Below the pieces are notes generated by a model. That model ran no database searches. It saw only the letters and a list, made by a program, of their open reading frames with translations, and was not told the DNA's origin. From positions 13,702,001 through 13,766,000 of the forward strand of contig OZ210885.1 in NCBI GenBank assembly GCA_964658305.1: a stretch of 64,000 bases of DNA. The letters run 5' to 3'. Origin of the DNA: Leptogorgia sarmentosa (lineage: Eukaryota). The position numbers and the translations under genes were made by a program. Below, in pieces: positions 35,876 to 46,562 of the stretch. The first letter of the stretch is position 1; each line of letters opens with the position of its first letter.

Positions 35876-38322
35876 CAGTGGCGTAACGCACAGTAGTCAG
35901 GGTTAGTTCAAGAACTAAGGGCCCCCGATAGTTGGGGGCCCCCACCAAATTTAGATTAATACGGTCAAGATTTAGATTAATGCAGTTATACGATACCATA
36001 AATAAAAATCGACAGTGGCAACAAACATCGGTATTCGGTAATGGCAACTGACAGTATATTTCATCTCAAATGAACAAAAGTCATTCTAATTAGTTATTAC
36101 ATGAAGTACCTACACGTAAAAATTAAAAATTCAAAACAAAATGTCTGACATGATGGATCGAAAGCGAAAATACAAATCTGGGGCACAGAAGAGAGCCGAA
36201 AAAAAGAAAAAAACGGAAAGTTCTTTATCAAATACACGTTGCATATCAACATATATAAAAGATAATGTCGACGATAATGAAGATCCGTATAATGAAGTCG
36301 AAGACGATTCCTTCAGTTATGACAATGCCGAAAAGGATTTAAATTTCTCGATTTGCCCTAAGTCCAGTCATGGTGAAACTGGTGACAAGGACGAAAGTTT
36401 CACACCTTTGAAACCTTCCAGTTCTACTTTAGCAAATTGGGATAAAAATAAAGATCTGGTGTTTGACACGACAAGGAAGTTCCCAAGCGACCGTGGTCAT
36501 TTTAAGGAAAACATAACTGATTGTGATTTGAAAATACTGATTATGCAGCATAAGTCATGGAGACCAACAGGACCCTTCGAATATGAAAATGACGAAGGGA
36601 ATTCAATAGTGAATTTCAGTGCCAGATACTACAATAAGCATGTTAATAATATGTCAATACAAAGACTTTGGTTATGCTATTCAATGGAACTGAAAAAGGC
36701 TTATTGCGAAGTTTGTTGGTTGTTTGCTGATCGTGCATCATCAAATTATGAAAATCACAGAGGATGGATAAATGGAGTATCTGGTGGCTTGCATAATATG
36801 CTCGAAAAAATTAAGAGGCACGAAGCTTCCAACGTGCATATACAGGCAACCGCAGTCTATATGAGATAGAAATCTGGCAAGATCGCTGTACATGAAGATA
36901 ATGAGAAAGAAATCAGAAACAATGCTCTCTTCTGGGTTAAAGTTCTTGACCGAATCATGACAATAATATTGACTCTTGCCACGCTAAGTCTGGCATTTAG
37001 AGGTCACAACGAGCAGGTTCATGAAAACATTTGTGAAGGTGGAAACTTTCTTGGTATGGTATATATGATGGCTCAGTACGACGAGATTCTTGCAAAAGTT
37101 ATCTCACTTCCCGCCCGTGCAACAAAGTATCTTAGCCCAAAAATTCAAAACGAGTTAATACAACTTCTAGCAAAAACAGTCACGGTTTCTTTGGTTAACA
37201 AGATCAATGCTTCGCCATTTTGGGCTCTCATTTTAGATTCTACTAGCGATATAACTAGAACTGATCAGTTAAGCGTTATAATACGGCGGGTCCAGATAGA
37301 TGGGGACAATTGCAGTATTGAAGAAAACTTCTTGGGTTTTGTACAATTAGATGATGCAACGGCGAATGGAATAGTATCAACCACAAAGGCGTTTCTGCAA
37401 GGTCTTGGTGTTAGCTTTTCAAAAATACGTGGACAAGGATATGACGGCGCAAGCGTAATGAGTGGTATTCATGCTGGCGTGCAAAAGTTGATTAAAAGTA
37501 TGGTTACCACCCCAGTTCCTTTCGTTCATTGCGGCAGCCATAATTTGAACCTGGTAATCAACGATGCTGTCAATTCAGTTGTAGAAAATAATAATTTCTT
37601 TGGGCTATTAAGGGAAATATTTAGCTTTTTCACCCCTTCGTTAAACAGATGGAGAGAACTCGGTCTTGAAGCTGAAAAAGGATCTCTCACACTCAAGAAA
37701 TTATGCACAACGCGATGGAGTTCGCGAATTGATGCTGTACGGGCTGTACCTTACAGGTACCCACATATCATGAAAGTATTAACACGGTTGTCTTTAACAT
37801 CTACATACTAACAAAGCAGAAAGAGATGATGCAAAACAATTGAAAAACAAATTAGATAAACTGGAATTTGTTTTATTTATCGTTATGTGGGAGCGAGTTT
37901 TGCGAGCAATCAACAGCGCTTCAAATGAGTTGCAGTCGCAAAAGATTGATCTGTCTGTTGCATCAAGGCTCTTAAGCTGTGCATTATCGGAACTCGTGAT
38001 CTTAAGAAGTTCGTGGAACTCAGTTCTTTTAACTGCGACAGCATTAGCCCAGTCCTGGAGTTCATCTGTGACGTTTGAGAACAAGAGGAATCGCAAAACA
38101 AAACGGTTTTTTGATGAACTTTCTACTGATCAAAGACTAACTGATCCTGAAGAAGCTTTCAAAATCAACGTATTTTACCAAACGGTTGACAATGCCATTA
38201 TGCAACTCAAACAACGGTTTGAAGGTCAGAAAATGGTCACCAGTCTATTCAGTTGCTTTCATCCACAAAACATGTCTCAGTTGAAGTCACCTCAGCTTGA
38301 AACTGTCGCAGAAGCAATTGTA
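35876..38322 (+). mobile_element. hAT transposon left end and transposase body
   Basis: Second TIR CAGTGGCGTAACG at 35876; GGGCCC subterminal motifs. Confidence 0.88.
36141..38322 (+). pseudogene. hAT (ZMYM1/DUF4371-type) transposase pseudogene
   Basis: TTF-like zinc finger (YCEVCWLF...HE...H), LAFRGH, YLSPKIQNELI, DSTSD, QGYDGA, HCGSHNLNL, TRWSSR. In-frame TAG at 36867, frameshift near 37805, truncated at 38322. Confidence 0.9.
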
Positions 38323-41300
38323 CAGAGGAGGTTGGACAGCTGTCACGTGAATTTCTCGACCAATCAAATCGCGCTAATTTTCCATCGTATTCGCGAAAAT
38401 TTTTGTTCTTTTAATTTGCATTAGACGCATAAAAACTCAAAAAGTATGCATATATATACAAATTTTGCACATAAAATGGAAGCGTGACCAAAGTATTATG
38501 AATGAGCTAGCGATCTATGCAAGAATTTCGCAGGTAAATGCTATTTTTCAATATTATTTTGGTCATTAAAGTTGGCCATGTCGTCTCGGCGTAATGGCCG
38601 AAGTCTGTTTCTGTTTACAAATTTCAAATTAAAAAATCTGGAGTTCCCACGGTTCGATTTTCGTAATTTTTGCAAAAAAGTCAAGACAAATGCCTAAACT
38701 TAAAATCTGCTGGAGAGATCCCCGAGATCCCCCGGCAGATTTTGAGATACTTCGCACTAAACTGACCATAGGCAATTCAACGTTTGTCAAAATGGCGTGC
38801 AATGCTTCGGGACGACATCGCCGCACCAAAGCTTGTTTCTCACAGTTTTAGGCTAATTTTAAAAGAATACTTAGAAGATTCAGGCATTATTTGCCTGTTT
38901 TTTTTTTTATTTAATGCGTGTGCATGTGTAATAACAAGTCTGTTACCGTATCATCTTTGATTGAATGCCAGTATTTTATGTATAAACAGTATGTAGCTAA
39001 TTTTGGCTTCATAATTTCCCAACTGGTCAACATTTGGGAAGAAAGCATGGGCACAAATGCGTAGACCTTTCATATCTATATGTGCATACTGTATTATTCT
39101 TTCACATCATGCCTATGCAAGCTGGCCATTGTTAGTGGTTCATTATATTTTTGTATTATACATGTGTAGGTGCTATTATGTGGAGTGATGAGGATGTCAG
39201 CATTGGACTAGTATATTGTTGTTCTTCTACCTTCACATGAACGAGTTTCTATCTAGTAAACAGCATGTCCTGTAATTGTTCTTGGCAAATTGAGATGTGG
39301 TCCCTCTCCAGGACAAGGGCAAGTACCAGAGCAGCCTCTTGCAGGGAGTGGAACCAGAGGTTCATGAAGGATGATGATGATGATTCAGAACATAAAATAG
39401 ATACATTATTTTATAATTATTTTATTTGTAACACATATGTTGTCTTGCTATGCAATGTGTAACTTGATAGTGTCATTAATAAAACTTTGCTCATTATACT
39501 TAGACAAATTAAAGAGAGGTTACAGTCCCTTTTGCGCATGTGCGAGCTTTGTTTACGTCTGGAGACTCCACCGGATGTGTCAGTATTATTCTCGGTCTAG
39601 TCTCACTTCCGGCAATAATAAAGGCGCGTTTGTTTTAATTGAGGAGTGAGCATATTATTTAAATCGGTGTAATCAGTGTCATATGTCAGTGAGGAAATTT
39701 ACATCTGTCAGGCACAGGCTAGTGAAATTGTTTGGGAGAAATTGTTTTGAGTAAAACATGGCCAGTCTGAAGTTTATTTGTTTGATTGTTTTGTTTGATG
39801 GAGATCGTTGAAGGAAGAGCGCAATTTGAGGACGGACAGAGTGTCGCCAACATGCTTCTCAACGAATATATGGCCAGAAATGTCGAAGTTTGGTACATAG
39901 TAATGTACGAAAAAGTAAAATATTTGATTCTTAATGTAATGTAAGTTAATTTTTACTGTTTCGTACAAATCAAAACAACTCAAAACAATTTCTCCCAAAC
40001 AATTTCACTAGCCTGTGCCTGACAGATGTAAATTTCCTCACTGACATATGACACTGATTACACCGATTTAAATAATATGCTCACTCCTCAATTAAAACAA
40101 ACGCGCCTTTATTATTGCCGGAAGTGAGACTAGACCGAGAATAATACTGACACATCCGGTGGAGTCTCCAGACGTAAACAAAGCTCGCACATGCGCAAAA
40201 GGGACTGTAACCTCTCTTTAATTTGTCTAAGTATAATGAGCAAAGTTTTATTAATGACACTATCAAGTTACACATTGCATAGCAAGACAACATATGTGTT
40301 ACAAATAAAATAATTATAAAATAATGTATCTATTTTATGTTCTGAATCATCATCATCATCCTTCATGAACCTCTGGTTCCACTCCCTGCAAGAGGCTGCT
40401 CTGGTACTTGCCCTTGTCCTGGAGAGGGACCACATCTCAATTTGCCAAGAACAATTACAGGACATGCTGTTTACTAGATAGAAACTCGTTCATGTGAAGG
40501 TAGAAGAACAACAATATACTAGTCCAATGCTGACATCCTCATCACTCCACATAATAGCACCTACACATGTATAATACAAAAATATAATGAACCACTAACA
40601 ATGGCCAGCTTGCATAGGCATGATGTGAAAGAATAATACAGTATGCACATATAGATATGAAAGGTCTACGCATTTGTGCCCATGCTTTCTTCCCAAATGT
40701 TGACCAGTTGGGAAATTATGAAGCCAAAATTAGCTACATACTGTTTATACATAAAATACTGGCATTCAATCAAAGATGATACGGTAACAGACTTGTTATT
40801 ACACATGCACACGCATTAAATAAAAAAAAAACAGGCAAATAATGCCTGAATCTTCTAAGTATTCTTTTAAAATTAGCCTAAAACTGTGAGAAACAAGCTT
40901 TGGTGCGGCGATGTCGTCCCGAAGCATTGCACGCCATTTTGACAAACGTTGAATTGCCTATGGTCAGTTTAGTGCGAAGTATCTCAAAATCTGCCGGGGG
41001 ATCTCGGGGATCTCTCCAGCAGATTTTAAGTTTAGGCATTTGTCTTGACTTTTTTGCAAAAATTACGAAAATCGAACCGTGGGAACTCCAGATTTTTTAA
41101 TTTGAAATTTGTAAACAAAAACAGACTTCGGCCATTACGCCGAGACGACATGGCCAACTTTAATGACCAAAATAATATTGAAAAATAGCATTTACCTGAG
41201 AAATTCTTGCATAGATCGCTAGCTCATTCATAATACTTCGGTCACGCTTCCATTTTATGTGCAAAATTTGTATATATATGCACACTTTTTGAGTTTTTAT

Positions 41301-41406
41301 GCGTCTAATGCAAATTAAAATAACAAAAATTTTCGCGAATACGATGGAAAATTAGCGCGATTTGATTGGTCGAGAAATTCACGTGACAGCTGTCCAACCT
41401 CCTCTG
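38323..41406. repeat. 3.08-kb foldback inverted repeat (arms 38323-39752 and 39978-41406, 225-bp spacer)
   Basis: The arms are reverse complements and the ORF track shows identical mirrored peptides; both ends are CAGAGGAGGTTGGACAGCTGTCACGTG. Confidence 0.95.
39513..40217. mobile_element. Putative TTAA-flanked (Kolobok-like) MITE at the centre of the palindrome
   Basis: TTAA|AGAGAGGTTACAGTCCC...GGGACTGTAACCTCTCT|TTAA. The symmetry is also part of the larger palindrome, so the boundary is inferred. Confidence 0.45.
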
Positions 41407-42032
41407 ATTGGCTTAACAAAGTCACACCGAGCGAACAAAGTTCTTTTCGAATTTTGGGCTTTTGGCGTCTTTTTGTTTGTGTATTTATGTACGTTATAAT
41501 ATTTGGTCGTCTACAGCGATTGTTCATTCAAAATGGCTTTAAGTTGGAGTTTTACAGCTATTATTAAACACGATATATTAAGTTTGAAGCGGGAAAGTCA
41601 AAGAATATAACGTATAAACACGCCGGAAACTCGTGCGTTTTGAAAATATAGCAAAGTCGCAGCCTTTTATTCATTATCGAGGTAACTTCAGTTTACCTCA
41701 AGACAAGTTAGACAACAAAAGTCGATGGTGAGTGTTCGCTTGACTTCTTTTTGTCCGTTGTAGTAAAGACAGTCCCCCCTTTCTGTCACAATTCTCCTTC
41801 GTTAATCCGAAATCCTCATTATTATGTTTTGAAATGTTAATTTATCCGCCGGATAGTGAGTTAAACGGTCTCATGAGACCGTTTAACTTTATCCATCGTT
41901 TAGCCAAAATTTAACCAGTGGATAGCGCTAAACGGGCTTCGTACAACGCAATTTCTCAATCGTTTAAATTTTATCCGGCGGATAGCGAGACATACTACAA
42001 CCGGCCCCTGTAGTTAAAAATGCTCATATGTA

Positions 42033-42108
42033 TGTTTCCGCCGAGGACTGAACTGGGGACCTTGCGTGTGTAAGGCGCACGTGATAACCACTTCTGCACT
42101 ACGGCAGC
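42033..42108 (-). pseudogene. tRNA-Val pseudogene (anticodon reads TAC)
   Basis: Val-like body with a D-loop insertion and broken acceptor and T arms. Confidence 0.7.
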
Positions 42109-42195
42109 GAATTGGAAGAAAATTACAAAACAGAGACAAAGTTTCGGAGATGTGAATCGATGCAACATAAAATATGAAGCAAGTTAAAGGCCATG

Positions 42196-42270
42196 TAGGT
42201 CCAAGCCAGATTTAAACTGAGGTCCTTCCAGTGTGAGACGCATGCAGTATAACCACTGCACTACACGAAA
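42196..42270 (-). pseudogene. Degenerate tRNA-Val(CAC)-like
   Basis: GTAGTGCAGTGGTTAT...CTCACACTGGAAGGACCTCAGTTTAAATC. Confidence 0.5.
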
Positions 42271-42630
42271 TGTAAAGCAATTCCTCAATTTCACCGTCGA
42301 AATCGCTAACAAGATAATACAAAAATAACAGGAACACAGTATTTCCGGTGACCATTTAAAGTGCAACACGGGAATCAGCATAAACGCATTATTCCTATGA
42401 CCATTGAAAATTTGCAATGGTATTAAAATCGTTCGATTTTAACTGCGATTGATTGAAAAAATTCCAATAAAATAATGTGTGCCTCCGTCACGTAAATTGA
42501 TTTTGCTGGTCATGTTTAAAGTGTAACAATTTCCTAGAACTTAATCTGATTTATTAATTGAAGATGTTTGGTGAAAATGGTCGGCATCTTGTGGAATATG
42601 AACATTATTATGAAAATATTGGGCAACTTC

Positions 42631-42701
42631 GCGTTGGTGGTTCAGTGGTAGAATTCTCGCCTGCCACGCGGGAGACCGGGGTTCGATTCCCCGCTAACGC
42701 A
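42631..42701 (+). tRNA. tRNA-Gly(GCC)
   Basis: GCGTTGGTGGTTCAGTGGTAGAATTCTCGCCTGCCACGCGGGAG...GTTCGATTCCC; cloverleaf pairs. Confidence 0.9.
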
Positions 42702-42792
42702 GGTTATTTTCATTTTTTTTGCATTTCAATTTCAACTGCAGCACGATAAACAAACTGGCTTTGTAACACAGGAATAGTGAACAAGTTATCAC

Positions 42793-42864
42793 TCCCATGT
42801 GGTCTAGTGGTTAGGATCTGGCGTTTTCGCCGCCATGGCCCGGGTTCGATTTTCTGGGTGGGAA
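42793..42864 (+). tRNA. tRNA-Glu(TTC), T-arm damaged (likely pseudogene)
   Basis: TCCCATGTGGTCTAGTGGTTAGGAT...TTTTCGC...GTTCGATTTTCT. Confidence 0.65.
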
Positions 42865-42950
42865 CTTTTTCTGAAAATTTCAATCTGAAGCAGCTTGTGT
42901 TTACATTTTCAAACTCGTTCACTGAAATCAAATCATTTTAACAGCGCGAC

Positions 42951-43023
42951 GACCCTGTGGCGCAATTGGTAGCGCGTCTGACTCCAGATCAGAAGGTTAA
43001 GTGTTCAATTCACTTCAAGGTCA
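42951..43023 (+). tRNA. tRNA-Trp(CCA)
   Basis: TCTGA-CTCCAGA-TCAGA anticodon arm; one acceptor-stem mismatch. Confidence 0.82.
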
Positions 43024-43119
43024 AGCACTTCTGGCCACGCTGTCTCTCTAAATATTTTTCGAAATTCAAATTAAAAATATTATCGTTATTTTCACATACC
43101 GAGAAAAGATAAATGTTTC

Positions 43120-43191
43120 TCCCATGTAGTCCACTGGTCAGGATCTGGCGCTCTCACAGCCAAGGCCCGGGTTCGATTCCCAGCATGGGAA
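43120..43191 (+). tRNA. tRNA-Glu(CTC), several mismatches
   Basis: TCCCATG...CTCTCAC...GTTCGATTCCC...CATGGGAA. Confidence 0.7.
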
Positions 43192-43688
43192 TAGGGTACC
43201 ATGACGTCAGAATTTTATTATTAACGGAGTTTTCTCTATAAAATGTATTTTTTTGCGGAATTTTGTGGAAAATTAAGGAATTTTCTGAAATAAAGGAGTA
43301 AAGAAATAAAGGAAGAGCAGAAGAAAGAACCTATTTGTCTAATTGTCTGATATGTTGTGTTTGTAAATTCATTTTTGCCATTTCCGCGCTTGTCCATGTT
43401 TATCAAAAAAGAAAGAAGTATGAACAATCGAAACAAATTTGTCGGAAATTCGCAAATCATAAAGTTAGTTTTGAGAATGCGAAACAATTTTAAAGTGGAA
43501 CTGAGAGTACCGCTTTCTAGCTTGAAATATATTCGATATTATAAATCAATCATAGAATATAAATGGCAACGTTTTGCAAAGAATGAAAACAAGTGCATAA
43601 TCTTAATCAGTCTTATTTTTACCATTTTGAAACATCACATCAGTGCAGGATGGGAAAGTAATATAATTCTACAGCAAGCTTTTGAGTT

Positions 43689-43761
43689 GCCTCATTAGCT
43701 CAGTGGTTAGAGCACTGGTCTTGTAAACCAGGGGTCCAGAGTTCAAATCTCTGATGAGGCT
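43689..43761 (+). tRNA. tRNA-Thr(TGT)
   Basis: GCCTCAT/ATGAGGC acceptor, CTGGT-CTTGTAA-ACCAG anticodon arm, followed by a T-run. Confidence 0.92.
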
Positions 43762-43911
43762 TTGTTTTCTTCGAAAACTTTGAAGAACGTGGAAGACACG
43801 CGCCCAGGTTGTATTCCATGTGCTGTTCAGTGAGTTAAAACTGATGAAATAAAAAAGCTATTGGAAGAGTACTACGTTGGGAAAATCATGCTAGGAAGAT
43901 TTTCGCATGTC

Positions 43912-43984
43912 ACCTCATTAGCTCAGGGGTTAGAGCACTGGTTTCGTAAACCAGGGGTCCAGAGTTCAATTCTCTAATGTGAAT
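43912..43984 (+). pseudogene. tRNA-Thr(CGT), damaged acceptor stem
   Basis: Paralog of 43689 with loop TTCGTAA; 3' strand diverged. Confidence 0.7.
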
Positions 43985-44194
43985 AAGTATTCATTTTGAT
44001 TCATAAGAATTCATCCATTTGTTTTTGTAATTGGTTACAAGATATGCAGTTAACTCTCCAGATTGTATAAGTGCTACCTGAAACAAAATTTTTCAAGTGA
44101 GTCTATTTCATGAAAACACGTGATAATACGGGAAATTAAGTTTAATTAACTTCGTAATTGGATTTATGTTCTGAGTTTCAACAGGGAAGAACTT

Positions 44195-44238
44195 GCCTCT
44201 TTAGCTCAGGGGTTAGAGCACTGGTCTGGTAAAACAGC
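44195..44238 (+). pseudogene. 5' half of tRNA-Thr at an inversion breakpoint
   Basis: GCCTCTTTAGCTCAGGGGTTAGAGCACTGGTCTGGTAAAACAGC, then joins the inverted Glu-Gly block. Confidence 0.65.
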
Positions 44239-44291
44239 AGAGTTTGAGAATGTGAACACAAGCTGCTTCAAATTGAAAATTTCAGAAATAA

Positions 44292-44363
44292 TTCGCACGC
44301 CGGGAATCGAACCCGGGCCATGGCGGTGAAAACGCCAGATCCTAACCACTAGACCACATGGAA
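44292..44363 (-). tRNA. tRNA-Glu(TTC), acceptor mismatches
   Basis: Inverted paralog of 42793 with intact T and anticodon arms. Confidence 0.75.
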
Positions 44364-44453
44364 GTGATAATTTGTTGACTATTTCTGTGTTACAAACCCA
44401 GTTTGTTTCTCGTGTTGAAGTCGAAATTGAAATGAAACAAAATGAAAACATTC

Positions 44454-44524
44454 TGCGTTGGCGGGGAATCGAACCCCGGTCTCCCGCGTGGCAGGCGAGA
44501 ATTCTACCACTGAACCACCAACGC
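44454..44524 (-). tRNA. tRNA-Gly(GCC)
   Basis: Inverted paralog of 42631; acceptor GCGTTGG/CCAACGC is perfect. Confidence 0.9.
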
Positions 44525-44799
44525 AAAGTTGCTCAATTCTTTCGTTATAATGTTCATATAAGAAGCTTGGCGTTGACTTTCATAACTTTTGCAATTCTTC
44601 ACTAATTCACTTCATGTTGCAAAATTATTAAAATAGCAATTATTTCCTTGTTTTCTTTCTTTGACAAACGAGTACTTCCAGACTTTATAGAAGAAACATA
44701 TTTCAATTAAGTGGAATTGATGAGTTCCCCTTTCAAAGTTTTACTACTTTCTCAGAACAAATAGTACGATTTTTCTGAACGGCAGTTGTGATATATTTG

Positions 44800-44872
44800 A
44801 GCCCCATCAGAGATTTGAACACTGGACCCCTGGTTTACAAGACCAGTGTTCTAACCACTGAGCTAAAGAGGC
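44800..44872 (-). tRNA. tRNA-Thr(TGT)
   Basis: Reverse complement GCCTCTTTAGCTCAGTGGTTAGAACACTGGTCTTGTAAACCAG...; a few mismatches. Confidence 0.78.
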
Positions 44873-45073
44873 AACTTGTTTCGGTCTTGAAATTCATAAT
44901 ATAAATTTACTTACCATAATAAATTGACTTATGCTAACGTCTATTTCATTGAAAATATTCTTCAAAAAATTGGCTTCTATTCACACTTCACAATATCGCA
45001 AGAATTCCCTTCACTTCCAAACATGTTATAACACAATTTACAAAAATTTATATTTACCAACATTTATCCTCAT

Positions 45074-45151
45074 AGCCTCATCAGAGAATTGAACTCTGGA
45101 CCCCTGGTTTACGTACGCAACCAGTGCTCTATACCCCTGAGCTAATGAGGC
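45074..45151 (-). pseudogene. tRNA-Thr(CGT)-like with a 4-nt anticodon-loop duplication
   Basis: GGTTGCGTACGTAAACCAG on the minus strand. Confidence 0.65.
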
Positions 45152-45305
45152 GACCTGCAGGTGAAATCTTCTAAGATGCTATATCGTACATAAGGCTCTT
45201 TGATCAGGTTTTTTATTTGAACAGTGTAAAAAGCTTTGATATAGCTCATGCAACATATTCGTGGCAATTGTCTTCACCGTGCTTCGAAGAAATCGAGCAA
45301 TATCG

Positions 45306-45390
45306 AGCCTCATCAGAGATTTGAACTCAGGACCCCTGGTTTACCAGCTGTTTTACTAGAAAAGTGCTCTAACACCAGAGCTAAGAAGGC
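45306..45390 (-). pseudogene. tRNA-Thr-like with 12 extra nt in the anticodon arm
   Basis: CTAGTAAAACAG-CTGGTAAACCAG on the minus strand; 5' anticodon stem mutated. Confidence 0.65.
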
Positions 45391-45695
45391 ACGTTGACAT
45401 CTCCGTGTTGATTTCATAAGGTTGCCTTTGAATTTTATTACCTAATTTACCTTTGCTATTCTTCACTAATTCATTCATATTGCAAAAAGATTAAAATTGA
45501 GATTATGTCCTGGTTTTCTACCTTTGACAAACGATTACTCCCAGAGTCGATAAGTCTGTTAGAAGTTCCTCACTTCCTGTTACAAGTTCCTCGCTTATTG
45601 ACTTCCTGTGTGAAAGTTGTAATTTAAAACCACGAAATGGCACTACAAATTTCGAACAATAATTATCTAAACTGAATTATTTTGCGCGTAGGTCA

Positions 45696-45768
45696 GTTTC
45701 CGTAGTGTAGTGGTTATCACATGCGCTTAACACGCGCAAGGTCCTCAGTTCGAACCTCGGCCGAAACA
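45696..45768 (+). tRNA. tRNA-Val(AAC), some stem mismatches
   Basis: GTTTCCGTAGTGTAGTGGTTATCAC...TTAACAC...GTTCGAACC...GAAACA. Confidence 0.78.
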
Positions 45769-46562
45769 TACATATGACCGGATTTTCTCTTGAGAACTGA
45801 CGTGACCGAATACGTGACAGAGGCACACATTATTTTATCGGAACTTTTTCAATCAATCGCTGTTAAAATCGAACGATTTTAATACCATTGCGAAATTTCA
45901 ATGGTCATCGGAAATACTGTGTTTATGTTGTTTTTGTGTTATCTTGTTAGTGTTTGGGAGGGTGAAATTGAGGGATTGCTATACTTCTCGTGTAGTGCAC
46001 CAAGATGCTGGAGTGGGATTCAGATGCTTTTCCAATTTAGATAAAAAAACATGTTGATAAAAAAACATACATGCACTGGTAAAAGTAACTGCAAGTCGTG
46101 CATCTTTGCAAAATCGTTCGCACGTCCCAGCAATTTTGTATAGGAAATTACGCGGTTCGAGAAGTATTAATGAAAAATTGCTCGCGTGTTTGGCGAAATA
46201 TTTCGCGGTATATCGCCAAACATAAGTGCAATTATTCATTAATACTTCGAGAACACGTGTAATTTCCTTTTAATATCATTGTAGTTAATTTCAGGGCAAT
46301 TTCAATATCAAACAAATGAAAATCCATCGTATAAAATTATACGAGAAACGAAAATTTTACTGTAGTTTTACTTGGTTTTACACTTACCGCTCGCATATCG
46401 CGGGCTCGAAACCGTGGTATTTGAAAAATTAATTACACACTTGTGTAATTAATGTTTAATTCGACCAGTTGTTGAAGCTTTTTAGCCAATCAGCGTCCTG
46501 GAAATTGACTACAATGATATTAAATTGCAAATTTCCCAGCTTTTCTAATGCAGTTCATAGTA

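Noticed and set aside
35855..36047. N-terminal part of the 196-aa ORF 35457-36047
   Set aside because: It is read-through across the inversion junction into the antisense hAT left end; only the part from AIVEEYP is transposase.
38629..41100. Duplicate ORFs (66, 65 and 70 aa) on opposite strands
   Set aside because: They are by-products of the palindrome and show no protein motifs.
42184..44605. Short ORFs overlapping the tRNA cluster
   Set aside because: They are translations of tRNA sequence, not proteins.
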